Origin: Planctomycetota bacterium
Lineage (GTDB): Bacteria > Planctomycetota > UBA8108 > SXIK01
Assembly (NCBI GenBank): GCA_965223845.1
Contig: CBDCXR010000004.1
Span: 768,001-832,000 of the forward strand
Reading direction: 5' to 3'
Length of the DNA stretch: 64,000 bases
Part shown: in pieces, positions 46,868 to 56,912 of the stretch
How the letters are laid out: every line of letters starts with the position of its first letter
How positions within the stretch are numbered: the stretch's first letter is position 1
Made by a program: the position numbers and the translations under genes
The notes under the pieces: model-generated
What the model was told of the DNA's origin: nothing
Seen by the model: only the letters and a program-made list of their open reading frames with translations
The model's database searches: none

Positions 46868-48243
46868 TAAAACCGCGCCACCTTCCGATTCAGTCCATCG
46901 AACGTCCGCCGGCCCTTCTTGAGCGCGGCCGTAAACGCTACGACGAACTTGTCGTAGCGCTTTGCCGATTCACGGGAGATCCCGAGATCATCGGCTTCCT
47001 CTCGCCACTTCGCCATCCGCTCTAGAAACTTGCGGTCCTCGCACTCGTGGTGAAGGAACCCCTTCTCGATCGCGGAGATACCCTCGTCGAACGCCTTTCT
47101 CTCGTCGCCGGATCGGTTCGCGTCGTAGTGGGCTCTCAAATGAGCGATCGCGTCCTTCTTGTGACGTTCGAGCACTTTCGAGAGCTTCTTTGCGAACTCG
47201 TCGGCGCGCGGCGTTCCGCTGAAGGCGCGGAGGAAAAGGGGAAGATGACCGGCCCATTCCTTGCCGTCGAACGCGCCGCGCCGATTCTTCCCGATCGATT
47301 TCTTGAGCGCCGAGACGTGCGCGGACACGAGCTTGTCGATCGCCTGGATCGCCTTTGCAGCGCGTTTTCGCAGCTTCGCCGGCGCGCCTTCGGTTTTCGC
47401 GATCCTCTGTGCGAGCGTGTGCGTGGCTTCGAAATCGTGCTTGGTCTTGTCCTTGACCGCTAGGAGCACGCTGAAGCTCGCGCCGAGACGCTCGAGATCC
47501 GTCGTGGTCATTCCCTCGCACCACGCGAGCTGCTGCGAGGTGTGGGGGACCGGACCGTTGTGCTCCGCGGGCCAATGATTCCAGCCCTCGAGGCTCCGGA
47601 GCCGCACGACGGGGTAGCCGGCGTCTCGAAACGACGTGTAGCCGCCGACGCTTTGAAAGTAGGGGATCACGGGATCCTGAGTCCCGTGAAGAAGTACGAT
47701 GGCTTGCTTGCGCGCCTCGTTCGGCTGCTTCGTCCAGTTCCACACGCCGCTCGCGTGCCCGACGATCCCTTGGACCTCCTCGGGATACGCCCCGGCGTAA
47801 TGGAAGGCGAAGAACGACCCTTGGCTGTGCCCGTAGATCAGCGTCGCCCGAATCTTGAGCGCGGCCTTGAGCTCTCCGTGAAGAGCGTGAAGGCGCTCGA
47901 GGTCGGCCGGCTTCCCGAGAAAGTTGAACCCGCCCCGGCCGTTCGGCGTCGTCCCGTCGGGACTGACCACGATGTCGTCGGGGCGAAACGAATTCGGGCG
48001 GTGGTTCGCGAACCCCCAATGCCGGCTGAGATTCGATCCGTGAAGAACGAACGTGAGCGTGGCGCCGGTCTTCGGGTTGTACCGCTTTGGAAGCCGGTAG
48101 ACGTAGTCGAGTCCGTTCCCGGCGGTCCATTCGTACGGACCGCCTTTCGCTTTTCCGAACTCTTTCCTCGGAAACTTCGCCTCGGCGACCGTCGCGATAC
48201 CGCCGACGACGCACATCGTCGCGATCAGAATCCTTCTCGTCAT
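46867..48243 (-). CDS. Exported alpha/beta-hydrolase (esterase-like) with helical C-terminal domain
   Basis: RBS GGAGG, signal peptide; VLHGS, GHSQG nucleophile elbow, HGTQDPVIP, NHW. Confidence 0.85.
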   Translation of the reverse strand: MTRRILIATMCVVGGIATVAEAKFPRKEFGKAKGGPYEWTAGNGLDYVYRLPKRYNPKTGATLTFVLHGSNLSRHWGFANHRPNSFRPDDIVVSPDGTTPNGRGGFNFLGKPADLERLHALHGELKAALKIRATLIYGHSQGSFFAFHYAGAYPEEVQGIVGHASGVWNWTKQPNEARKQAIVLLHGTQDPVIPYFQSVGGYTSFRDAGYPVVRLRSLEGWNHWPAEHNGPVPHTSQQLAWCEGMTTTDLERLGASFSVLLAVKDKTKHDFEATHTLAQRIAKTEGAPAKLRKRAAKAIQAIDKLVSAHVSALKKSIGKNRRGAFDGKEWAGHLPLFLRAFSGTPRADEFAKKLSKVLERHKKDAIAHLRAHYDANRSGDERKAFDEGISAIEKGFLHHECEDRKFLERMAKWREEADDLGISRESAKRYDKFVVAFTAALKKGRRTFDGLNRKVARF

Positions 48244-48512
48244 GAAGCCTCCGAAACTGCGGCGCAGCTGACCTCGTTCTCTCAATCGCTTGGTCATTCT
48301 CGACGGGGAATGAGGCGAGCGCAACTTGCGGATCGGGGACGAATCGGCGGATTCCGATTTTTCTCCTAATCTACCGCGTCGTGCGTGCGTCCAGGCTGGG
48401 GAGCGGTCTTCGACGGACGGCACCATCGACGATGGTTCGAACGCCATGGTCCTCGAGGTGCGCCGAGCGGTGCGAGAGTGCTTTTCTCGAACGAGTGCAA
48501 TGAGAGGTCAAG

Positions 48513-49571
48513 ATGTTCAATGTCGATCGGTTTCTGTTCGCAGGCGGGGCACTCGTATTCGGCGTCTGCACGCTCGGGGCGCAGACCACCGAGCCCACGT
48601 CCCTCGAGGCGGCGATTCGCGCGGTGAATCGCGAGGCTCGAGCCCACACGCGCGGGCGCAGGGAGGCACCGATCACGGTGAAGGAAGTCCTCGACCGCGT
48701 TCGCGATCAGATCGCTGCGCGAAAGCCGACCGGCGGAGATCGAGCCCTCCTCCGGCAAATCGAGACCGCGCAGCAGCTTCCGCCTCGCGCCAGCTTCCGT
48801 ATCGTCACGCGTTTCGACGACGGCGAGAAGCTGAACGAGGTGTGGTGGGTGCGCATCGTTCTCGAGCGCGAAGGCGGTGGCGTTCAGACCGTCCCGATTC
48901 GCCAGAAGACGCTCTACTCTCGACCCTATACGCAACTCGAGCGCGCCTTCAAAAAGCGCTGGGGAGAGCGGATGCCGGTCCTCAATCGACTCTCCGCGTA
49001 CTTCGGCGACGAGCCGGGCTTCGGTGCCGAGACGAAGATCGACGAAGCCGCGGCGAGAGAGCTCGTCGGAGCTGTTCGCTCTGCGGTCGCGAGCGGTGAC
49101 CTCGGCGCGCTCGTCGCACTCCATCGGTGGGGGAGAGCGACGAAGGAGCTGCAGACGTTCGCCGTCAGTGAGATGCGTGAGCTGATCGAGACGAAGATCG
49201 CCTCGCTTCGGGTCGTACCGCGTCGCCACCGCGGAGACCTCGAGCACTTTCAAGCATTCAAGACGTTCGAGACGACCTTACCGCACGTGGGATACCTCGA
49301 AGTCTCAGTCGCGCCGACGGCCGGCTCCGACCGCGGGCGATCGCTTTTCTTCGAGATCGGCGCCGAAGAAGGAACGCTTCGCCTACTTTCCTATACTGAA
49401 CATTCCTCCGAACGTGTTCGCGAGCTCGCCCCCGTAGCGACCGAATCTCACCTGGAGCCGCTCGACGGTGGGTTCTACAATGTGTGGTCGACGACTCGTC
49501 CACGGCGAACGCCCCTTCTGTCGGCGCGCTTGGCGCATGAGGAAGTGCGCCGCATCGCCGTGAAAAACTAG
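48513..49571 (+). CDS. Hypothetical exported protein
   Basis: RBS GAGAGG; signal-like FLFAGGALVFGVCTLGA; normal codon usage; no family recognised. Confidence 0.7.
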   Translation: MFNVDRFLFAGGALVFGVCTLGAQTTEPTSLEAAIRAVNREARAHTRGRREAPITVKEVLDRVRDQIAARKPTGGDRALLRQIETAQQLPPRASFRIVTRFDDGEKLNEVWWVRIVLEREGGGVQTVPIRQKTLYSRPYTQLERAFKKRWGERMPVLNRLSAYFGDEPGFGAETKIDEAAARELVGAVRSAVASGDLGALVALHRWGRATKELQTFAVSEMRELIETKIASLRVVPRRHRGDLEHFQAFKTFETTLPHVGYLEVSVAPTAGSDRGRSLFFEIGAEEGTLRLLSYTEHSSERVRELAPVATESHLEPLDGGFYNVWSTTRPRRTPLLSARLAHEEVRRIAVKN

Positions 49572-49610
49572 GCCTCCGGCGGCCTCGGAATTGTTCGGAG
49601 AGGTTCCATC

Positions 49611-49991
49611 ATGGCACGAGCCGAAGCGAGACGATGGGTGTTCGTGACGGCGGGTCTCGTCGCCATTCTCGTGCTCGTCGGGTTCGGATCCGCGCTCTTT
49701 CAGCAGCGAACCGCCCCGGAGACTCCGGCGCCCGTCGAGTCGACCCGCGACGTGAAGGTGGTCCATATCGTCCCGATCCACTTCGCTTCGGCGGACTCCA
49801 TCGCGCGCGCCGTGCGCGACGAGTTCTTGCGCTCAAGCGGAGACGAGGCCAGAACGCCGTCGAGCGAGCTGACGATCGAGTCGGATCCGAAGACGAATAC
49901 CCTCCTTCTTCAGGCGAGCGCCGATGAGATCGACTCGATCCTCCAGCGGATCGAGACGCTCGACGCGCTCGAGCGGGTAGATCGCGGTTGA
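49611..49991 (+). CDS. Small membrane-anchored protein with a single Secretin_N (NolW-like) domain
   Basis: RBS GGAGAGG; TM WVFVTAGLVAILVLVGFG; IVPIHFASADSIARAV..IESDPKTNTLLLQAS..I.QRIETLD. Confidence 0.8.
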   Translation: MARAEARRWVFVTAGLVAILVLVGFGSALFQQRTAPETPAPVESTRDVKVVHIVPIHFASADSIARAVRDEFLRSSGDEARTPSSELTIESDPKTNTLLLQASADEIDSILQRIETLDALERVDRG

Positions 49992-50039
49992 GCGACGCGC
50001 CCTCTCTTTCTTTATGGGGGAAGCGAGACAGGACTCGGA

Positions 50040-51614
50040 GTGAACGCCATGCCCGCCGCCATCAAAGGTATCGTTTCTGGGTTCTGTTTCGTGCTGCTGG
50101 GGGCGGCTGCCGTCGCGGAGAACCCGCAGTACTCCGCTCTCTGGGGCCGCAACGGCGAACGCTGGGAGGCGGCGGGTCGACTTCCCGATTTTTCGTACGC
50201 GGGCTACCACCGTGGCGAGCGCCCTCTGCCGGACTTGAGTACGAGGGAGCGAGTCAGCGTCAAGCAGTTCGGCGCCAAAGGAGATGGAACGACGGACGAC
50301 ACGGAGGCGTTTCGACGGGCGCTCGACGATGCCCGAGGGAGAGTTGTTTTCGTTCCCTCCGGGCGATACCGGATCACCGACATCCTCCGCCTCGACACGA
50401 GCGGTACTGTTCTCAAGGGCGAAGGGGCTGACTCTTCGATCCTCTTCTTCCCGAAACCGCTCAACGAAATCCGGCCGAACTGGAGTGCGACGACGACGGG
50501 ACGGCGGACGTCGAACTACTCGTGGTCCGGAGGATTCATACACGTAGCCGGCTCTTTTTCGCGTCGTGAGCTCGCCGAGGTGACGCGAGAGGCGCGGCGT
50601 GGTGATCGCTCTCTCGTCGTCTCGGACGGCAGCGGGCTCAAGGTCGGCGATTTCGTCCGCCTCGTCCTAAAGGAGAGTCCGAGCGGTTCCCTCGTCCGCG
50701 AACTGTATGCCGGCGACCCTGGGCGCGTCGACAATCTGAAGGGTCGCACGCGCGAGTCATTCGTTTTCCGCGTCGCGAAGATCGAAGCCAGTGAAGGGCG
50801 CATTCACTCCGATCGTCCTCTGCGCACAGACGTCCGGCTCGAGTGGAAACCCACTCTGTTTCCCGCGCAGAGCAGCACGGAGGAGGTCGGTGTCGAGCAC
50901 CTCGGATTCGAGTTTCCCGCGACTCCGTATCGGGGTCATTTCACGGAAGTAGGATTCAATGCGCTCGCCATGAGCGGTGTCCGCAACTGTTGGGCGCGCG
51001 ATCTCAGGATCCTCAACTCCGACAGCGGCCTCTTCATCGGAGGCGTGAACGTCACGCTGCACGGCATCCGACTCGAATCAGAGCGTAAGAATGAACCTTC
51101 CCGCCGCGCGACGGGGCACCACGGCATTACGCTGGGAGGCCAAGACAATCTTCTGACGCGGTTCGACATCCGGACGCGGTTCATGCACGACATCACCGTG
51201 ACTCGCGGCTCGGCTGGCAACGTCGCATCGGGCGGCCGCGGCGTCGATCTGGCCCTCGATCATCACCGCTACGGCCCTCACTCGAACCTCTTCACGGACA
51301 TCGATCTCGGCGCGGGCACACGAATGTTCCAATCGGGCGGCGGCGCAAAGCTCGGTCGTCACAGTGCGGCCCACGAGACCTTCTGGTGCGTCCGCGCGCG
51401 CCGGTCGCAGGTGTGGCCGCAGGGTTGGGGACCGGATCGAATGAATTTCGTCGGTGTCGAGAGCGGCGATAAGTCCGTCACCGATGTCGATGGTCGCTGG
51501 TTCGAAGCCATCGCTCCCGGCTCCCTTCGGCCTCGCGATCTCCATCGGGCGCAGCTGAAGCTTCGGCTGAAAAACCGTGCTTCGGCTCCCGCGGGAGGGG
51601 GCAAGGGCCCCTGA
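50040..51614 (+). CDS. Exported pectate_lyase_3/GH55-like beta-helix glycan-active protein
   Basis: Signal peptide; LPDFSYAGY, SVKQFGAKGDGTTDDTEAF, VFVPSGRYRI, VLKGEG; start may be ATG 50049. Confidence 0.85.
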   Translation: MNAMPAAIKGIVSGFCFVLLGAAAVAENPQYSALWGRNGERWEAAGRLPDFSYAGYHRGERPLPDLSTRERVSVKQFGAKGDGTTDDTEAFRRALDDARGRVVFVPSGRYRITDILRLDTSGTVLKGEGADSSILFFPKPLNEIRPNWSATTTGRRTSNYSWSGGFIHVAGSFSRRELAEVTREARRGDRSLVVSDGSGLKVGDFVRLVLKESPSGSLVRELYAGDPGRVDNLKGRTRESFVFRVAKIEASEGRIHSDRPLRTDVRLEWKPTLFPAQSSTEEVGVEHLGFEFPATPYRGHFTEVGFNALAMSGVRNCWARDLRILNSDSGLFIGGVNVTLHGIRLESERKNEPSRRATGHHGITLGGQDNLLTRFDIRTRFMHDITVTRGSAGNVASGGRGVDLALDHHRYGPHSNLFTDIDLGAGTRMFQSGGGAKLGRHSAAHETFWCVRARRSQVWPQGWGPDRMNFVGVESGDKSVTDVDGRWFEAIAPGSLRPRDLHRAQLKLRLKNRASAPAGGGKGP

Positions 51615-51807
51615 GTCGCGGAGACACAGTGCCGACGGGCGTCGTGATCGCGGCCGGCGCTTCGGTGCCGACGCTCGCCTCCCTCGGCGAGATCCGGTTC
51701 GGCAGGCCAGGATCGTTCGAGGGTCCGCCTCGGCTGCCGGTGCTCATCCAGTCCTTCGAATCGGAGAAGGAGCATTTGTTCCGCACGCCGGTCGGCGGTT
51801 CGGCAGA

Positions 51808-53202
51808 TCACACGGTGCGCGAAAAGCGTGTCTCTTTCCCCGGGCGTTCGAGATACGCGTCGAACGCCATGGCGATGTTGCGCACGAGAAGCCGGCCGAG
51901 CGGGAGAACTTCGATGCGGTCGGGTCGAAGCGAGACGAGCCCATCCTCCCCCATGGGGGCGAGTTTCTCGAGCGCGCTCGCAAAGTGGTCGTCGAAGGCG
52001 ATGCCGTGGATCTCTTCGAACTCCGCCTTGTGAACGACGAAATGACACATGAGGCGTGTGATCACGTCGCGGCGCCGGAGATCGTCGTCGGTGAGCAGCA
52101 CTCCTTTGAAAGCGGCGAGGCCGGCAGTGCTCACCGCCGCCTGGTAGTCGTCGACGCTCTTTAGGTTTTGCACGTACGACCGCCCGACCTGACCGATACT
52201 CGTCGCGCCGAGCCCGTAGAGGTCACAGTCGGCATGGGTCGTGTAGCCTTGAAAGTTGCGGTGGAGCGTGCGGTTCTTCATGGCCACCGTCAGTTCGTCT
52301 TCGGGGCGGGCGAAGTGGTCCATGCCGATGAAGACGTAGCCGCTCTCGGTCAGGCCTCGCACCACCATTTCGAGGATCGCGAGCTTGTCGGTCGGGCTAG
52401 GCAGCGCTGCGGCCGGGATCGCGCGCTGGTGCGAAATCACCTCGGGTAGATAGGCAAAGTTGAAGAGTGCGATTCGGTCCGGTCCGATCTCGCGGACGGT
52501 ATCCACGGTCTCCCGGAAGCTCTCGACCGTCTGATGCGGCAGGCCGTAGAGAAGGTCCACGTTGATCGACGCGAAGCCGAGCTCCCGGCAGCGGTCGAAG
52601 ACGCGGCGGGTGAGGTCCTCCGGCTGGATGCGGTGGACCGCCTTCTGAACTTCCGGGTCGAAGTCCTGGATCCCCATCGATAGACGATTGAACCCGGCTT
52701 CGGCGAGCGTCGCGAGGTGCTCGTCGGTCACCTCCCGCGGATCGATTTCGACCCCGATCTCGGCGTGTCGGTCGAGGTCGAAGTGCTCGACGATTCCGCC
52801 CCAGAGTCGAGCCAGGGTCGCGGGCCGTAGAAACGTCGGCGTGCCGCCACCCCAGTGGATCTGGACGACTTTCCGTCTGGGCGCGAGAAGCGGCCTCAGC
52901 GCGGCGATCTCGCGAAGCACGTGGTCGACGTAGAGATCGCCCTGGCTGCGGTTCTTCGTGAAGTGCACGTTGCAGCCGCAGAAGTAACAGACCGACTTGC
53001 AAAAGGGGAAGTGGAAGTACAGCGAGAGCGGCGTCTCGGCGCCGGGCGCGTTGGTGCGCGCGATCTCCGCTCGGTAGGCGTCCAGCCCGAAGTCGGCAGA
53101 GAAGTGGGGAACCGTCGGGTACGAGGTGTAACGCGGCCCGGGACGGTCGTAGCGAAGGATCAGATCGGCGTCGAACTCGGGCGAATCCCAGCGGCTGGCC
53201 AT
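51808..53202 (-). CDS. hemN: Oxygen-independent coproporphyrinogen III oxidase (radical SAM)
   Basis: GPRYTSYPT, HFPFCKSVCYFCGC, HWGGGTPT, EIDPR, IGMDHFA, RNFQGY, FDAYL..FSRTV. Confidence 0.96.
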   Translation of the reverse strand: MASRWDSPEFDADLILRYDRPGPRYTSYPTVPHFSADFGLDAYRAEIARTNAPGAETPLSLYFHFPFCKSVCYFCGCNVHFTKNRSQGDLYVDHVLREIAALRPLLAPRRKVVQIHWGGGTPTFLRPATLARLWGGIVEHFDLDRHAEIGVEIDPREVTDEHLATLAEAGFNRLSMGIQDFDPEVQKAVHRIQPEDLTRRVFDRCRELGFASINVDLLYGLPHQTVESFRETVDTVREIGPDRIALFNFAYLPEVISHQRAIPAAALPSPTDKLAILEMVVRGLTESGYVFIGMDHFARPEDELTVAMKNRTLHRNFQGYTTHADCDLYGLGATSIGQVGRSYVQNLKSVDDYQAAVSTAGLAAFKGVLLTDDDLRRRDVITRLMCHFVVHKAEFEEIHGIAFDDHFASALEKLAPMGEDGLVSLRPDRIEVLPLGRLLVRNIAMAFDAYLERPGKETRFSRTV

Positions 53203-53455
53203 AGCGCTCTCTTTCCAGAAGTCACGACAGACTTAGATTCTACACCGCGAGGAGGACGAAGTCGGGAGGCTGGACTTCTCGCCGGATCGCGGGGCGATCC
53301 GATTCCGCCGCCTCGTATCTACGCCGATCTCTGCGGGCGAATCAATCGGTCGATCCTCGCGCGCGATCGACGGTTCCGCGCCCGTTCGGGGTGAACGGAA
53401 CCCTCCGGATCGAGCGGTCGGCCACCGGTCGAGCTGGTCACGGGAAGAGGAGCAC

Positions 53456-56400
53456 TTAGTTGCATTCGGGTCCGGTCTCGCAGTCGACGATCAACACGCA
53501 CGCCTGCGGCGAGCCCACGACGGACAGCGGGTGCGCCGACCCGTCTCCGAAGAGGAATAGGAGCAGGCCCACCGCGTCAGAAATATCGACGCGGCCGTCC
53601 GGCTGCCAATCGAGGAGCGCGACGTTGCCCGGCGACCGATGGTCCGGCCCACAGGGCAACTCCTCGGGTTGCCCGGTAAAGAGGGAGCCGAGCACGCAGA
53701 CGCCATCGGCCAGATTGAGCGATCCGTCTTGGTTACAGTCTCCCGGCACGCGGCCTCCGCCCGGCGGCGGCGTGCCGATCGTGACGTCGACGGACGCGCG
53801 CGCGCGTTGGCCGGCCGAATCGATCGCCGACAGCTCGATGCGATGCCGCCCCTCACGGAGCGGTCGGCTCGCGTCGATTCGAAGGACGCGCCCGGTCGCG
53901 AGCAGCCCGTCGAGATTCGAGCGCCACTCGACGTTCTCGTCGGGGATCGCACCGTCCTCGAGATCTTCGGCCGATCCGCGGAGTTCGAACTCCTGGCCTA
54001 GCTCGAAGGCGGCTCCGTCGAGAGATGAGAGAATCACGACCAGTGGTTCTCGATCGTCCACTTCGAACGGCGCCGACTCCGCGAACCCCGTCAAGACGCC
54101 GTCGCTCGCTCGCACGAGGACTTGGACCTCCGTACCGCCCGCGACGACCCCGCCCGGGATGGAGAACGATGTCTCCTTCCAGTCCATGACGACGACTTCC
54201 CACACCCCGCCGGCTTCGGATCGAACCTCGACGGTGTACTTTAGATCGTCGCCGTCGGCGTCGTTCGTCGTCCACTCGACCTCGATGTCCTCACTCGCGG
54301 CATGCTGATCGCCGGCGCGCGGACGGAGGATCGAAACGGTCGGGACGCTTTGGGACACGTCCCGCGTGAGGATGCGACTCGATTCGATCTCCTCGAGCAC
54401 GATCACTCGAGCGGTCGCTTCCGGAAGGTCGAGCCAGCCCTCGATCGTGAATGGATGGTCATGCCCGTCCTCGTGGACCGAGTATTCGGCCGTCTCGAGC
54501 CGTCTCGTCGCGAGCGATTGATCCGACGCGTCGAGCGCCACCGCCACGTAGCCCGTCTGCCCGTCCCTCGGCTCCGGGTCGGCCTCGTGAACCACCGTGT
54601 AGAAGGGCTCGAACTGGAATCCATCGCGGCCGTCAAAGCGACCCCGGATGAGCGTCCGACGGACCGGTTGGGCGATGCCCTTCGCGCCCGCTCGTTTCCG
54701 CGCCTTCACGGGCCCGGAGAGCCCTGTGCGGCGGAGCGCGTTCCAGGTGTAATCCGAAATCCAACGCGGGTTTCCTCCGTACGACATGAAATCGTGCGTG
54801 TGGCTGTCCTCGACAGCCTGCATCGTCTCCGGATCGAACGCGTGCCCTCCGATCCGACCGTGGTCGTACGGGTAGTCCGAGTCGAAACCTCCTCCCGAGT
54901 CCTCCCCGTGCGAGTTTCCGGCGTGCCGCCGGCCGTAGTTGTGGCCGACTTCCTGAGCCGCCGTCCAGATGTTGAGGCTCGAGACCGAGCCCGGCTTGCC
55001 GACGCGCGCAAGTCCGGAAGCTCGACCGAAGTCGGGGTGCGGCGCGAGCTCCGCTGGATCCACGAACGCGATGTGAATCGTGTCGCTACAGAAGAACGAA
55101 AAGATCGCGCACGCGCGGTCGATCATGTCGCCGACGACGTCGCCCATGTGGTCGTTGGCATCGTAGCGGGCGTCCTTGATCGGAAGGATGCGCAGCTCGC
55201 CGTAGGGGTAGGTTTTTCGAATTCCGTCGAAAGCCGCGAGGATCTGTTGATCCGTGAAAGCGAACTCGGTTCCGTCGGCGCGGCGCACACGCGCGCGAAA
55301 AGGCTGGATGCGAAGTTCTCGGCCCGGGTGGAGGACGAACTCCCGAGCGAGCACGTTGTTCGCGCGACACGTCGACGCGCACTCGTCGAGGTCGTTGTTC
55401 GGATCGATTTCGGCCTCGACGAGAATCGTGCCGGACGTGTTGACCCAAGTCGCAGGCAGGATGAAGTTCCACGTTTTGGTCTCGTCGGCGAAGCGCTCGT
55501 CGATGGACTCCCGTCGATCGATCGAGATCGATTCGATGTGCGGCGAGAGCGGGGAGTCGGGAAGCTCACGCCCCTCCCGATCGAATCCACGAAGAATCGC
55601 GCTCACGTTCGGCCGCACCAAATCTCCGCGCGGAAACGTCCCGGGCGTGACCCGCGCCACCGTGCGGCGTCCGGTCACGAGCTCCCCGCGATCGCCGGCC
55701 GTGGCTTGCGTGAGGAAGAGACGTCGGACACGCACAAAGTCGCGGCACTGTTCCGGGTCGTCGACGAGGTCGAGAGACACCGAGTGAGTATTCGAGTTGA
55801 GGTTGAGCGACTCGGTCGCGAGCTCGACGTCCTCCCCGGGCAGCGTCACGAGAAGCGACGCGAAGACGTCGGACGTCCACTTCGTGTTGTTGCGTGGATC
55901 CGGAAGCTTCGGGGAAAGATCCTCGCACCAGTCGAACTCGAGAGAGAAGCGACCCTCGCCGTCGGTGCGCACCGTACGGACGATCGACTCGACCGTCTCG
56001 ACGCGGGCCGGGCTGACGAAGCTCTGACGCATGATCGCCACGAGGGAGACGTCGTACGGCGCGTCGCAGCCGTTGACGGATCCCTCCACGCGGTAGTCGG
56101 CGGAACTCGTCGGGCCGACGTTGCCGTCCGCACAGGTCACCTTCGGAGGCGGTGGGCAGTCGATCGTCCCGTTGATCGCGACGGATGCTCCCGTGACTCT
56201 TCGCAGCGAGCTCCGCAAGACGAGACGACCGGGGCCATCGCGCACCTCGATGAACACTCCACGGAAGTCGAACTCGCAGGTCCCCCCTGGGTCTCGAGGT
56301 GCGGTGAATGAGATGCGATAAGCCCCGCTCGCATCGGTGGTGGACTGTCCGAGATTCGGGTTCGAGGTCGAGACCTGGCATCCGCTACCCGGGATGAAGA

Positions 56401-56563
56401 GGCCGACGCGGAGGGAGCCGACGAGCGTCACCGAGAGACCGCGCACTCCCTCGTCACACCGCGTGATCCTGCCCGTCGCGGTCTCCGCCGAGAGCGCGCC
56501 GGGGAGGGCGACGGACACGAGGATCCACAAGAACGCGGGACATCCGAATCTGCGGGCGAACAT
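53456..56563 (-). CDS. Exported multidomain metzincin/M66-like metallopeptidase with Ig/PKD-like domains and C-terminal dockerin-like domain
   Basis: ATG 56563 with RBS AGGAGG; signal peptide; QEVGHNYGRRH and Met-turn DFMSYG..WISDY; PGDCNQDGSLNLAD..DGRVDISDAV. Confidence 0.8.
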   Translation of the reverse strand: MFARRFGCPAFLWILVSVALPGALSAETATGRITRCDEGVRGLSVTLVGSLRVGLFIPGSGCQVSTSNPNLGQSTTDASGAYRISFTAPRDPGGTCEFDFRGVFIEVRDGPGRLVLRSSLRRVTGASVAINGTIDCPPPPKVTCADGNVGPTSSADYRVEGSVNGCDAPYDVSLVAIMRQSFVSPARVETVESIVRTVRTDGEGRFSLEFDWCEDLSPKLPDPRNNTKWTSDVFASLLVTLPGEDVELATESLNLNSNTHSVSLDLVDDPEQCRDFVRVRRLFLTQATAGDRGELVTGRRTVARVTPGTFPRGDLVRPNVSAILRGFDREGRELPDSPLSPHIESISIDRRESIDERFADETKTWNFILPATWVNTSGTILVEAEIDPNNDLDECASTCRANNVLAREFVLHPGRELRIQPFRARVRRADGTEFAFTDQQILAAFDGIRKTYPYGELRILPIKDARYDANDHMGDVVGDMIDRACAIFSFFCSDTIHIAFVDPAELAPHPDFGRASGLARVGKPGSVSSLNIWTAAQEVGHNYGRRHAGNSHGEDSGGGFDSDYPYDHGRIGGHAFDPETMQAVEDSHTHDFMSYGGNPRWISDYTWNALRRTGLSGPVKARKRAGAKGIAQPVRRTLIRGRFDGRDGFQFEPFYTVVHEADPEPRDGQTGYVAVALDASDQSLATRRLETAEYSVHEDGHDHPFTIEGWLDLPEATARVIVLEEIESSRILTRDVSQSVPTVSILRPRAGDQHAASEDIEVEWTTNDADGDDLKYTVEVRSEAGGVWEVVVMDWKETSFSIPGGVVAGGTEVQVLVRASDGVLTGFAESAPFEVDDREPLVVILSSLDGAAFELGQEFELRGSAEDLEDGAIPDENVEWRSNLDGLLATGRVLRIDASRPLREGRHRIELSAIDSAGQRARASVDVTIGTPPPGGGRVPGDCNQDGSLNLADGVCVLGSLFTGQPEELPCGPDHRSPGNVALLDWQPDGRVDISDAVGLLLFLFGDGSAHPLSVVGSPQACVLIVDCETGPECN

Positions 56564-56912
56564 CGCTATTCCTCCTGGACAGTGATTCCAAAGGAGGAAC
56601 TGCGAACTCGCGCGCCGTCGACTCAAGTTTTCTCGAGATTCGTCTTCGTCCGGGTCGATGATTCTCGTTCTCGCGAGCGGTGCTTTCGCCGTGGAAGAGA
56701 CGGCGCGCTCGGGGAGCTCAGCCCGAAAGTGGAGATCGATTCCGCCGAGAACGGCCTGGAGGCCAGAGGCGAGCCGTGGAGCTCGATCATCGCTCGCTGG
56801 AAGGACAAGTACGGCTCACGGCTGGGCTCATGTTATTGAGACGTGTCCGCGCGGTGAGTATCGTGGACCCGTTCCACGGAGAGCTGGCAACGGCGGATTC
56901 ACGGAGAGCGGC

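Noticed and set aside
51615-51807. Possible small ORF between the beta-helix gene and hemN
   Set aside because: Candidate frames overlap neighbouring genes and lack an RBS or motifs
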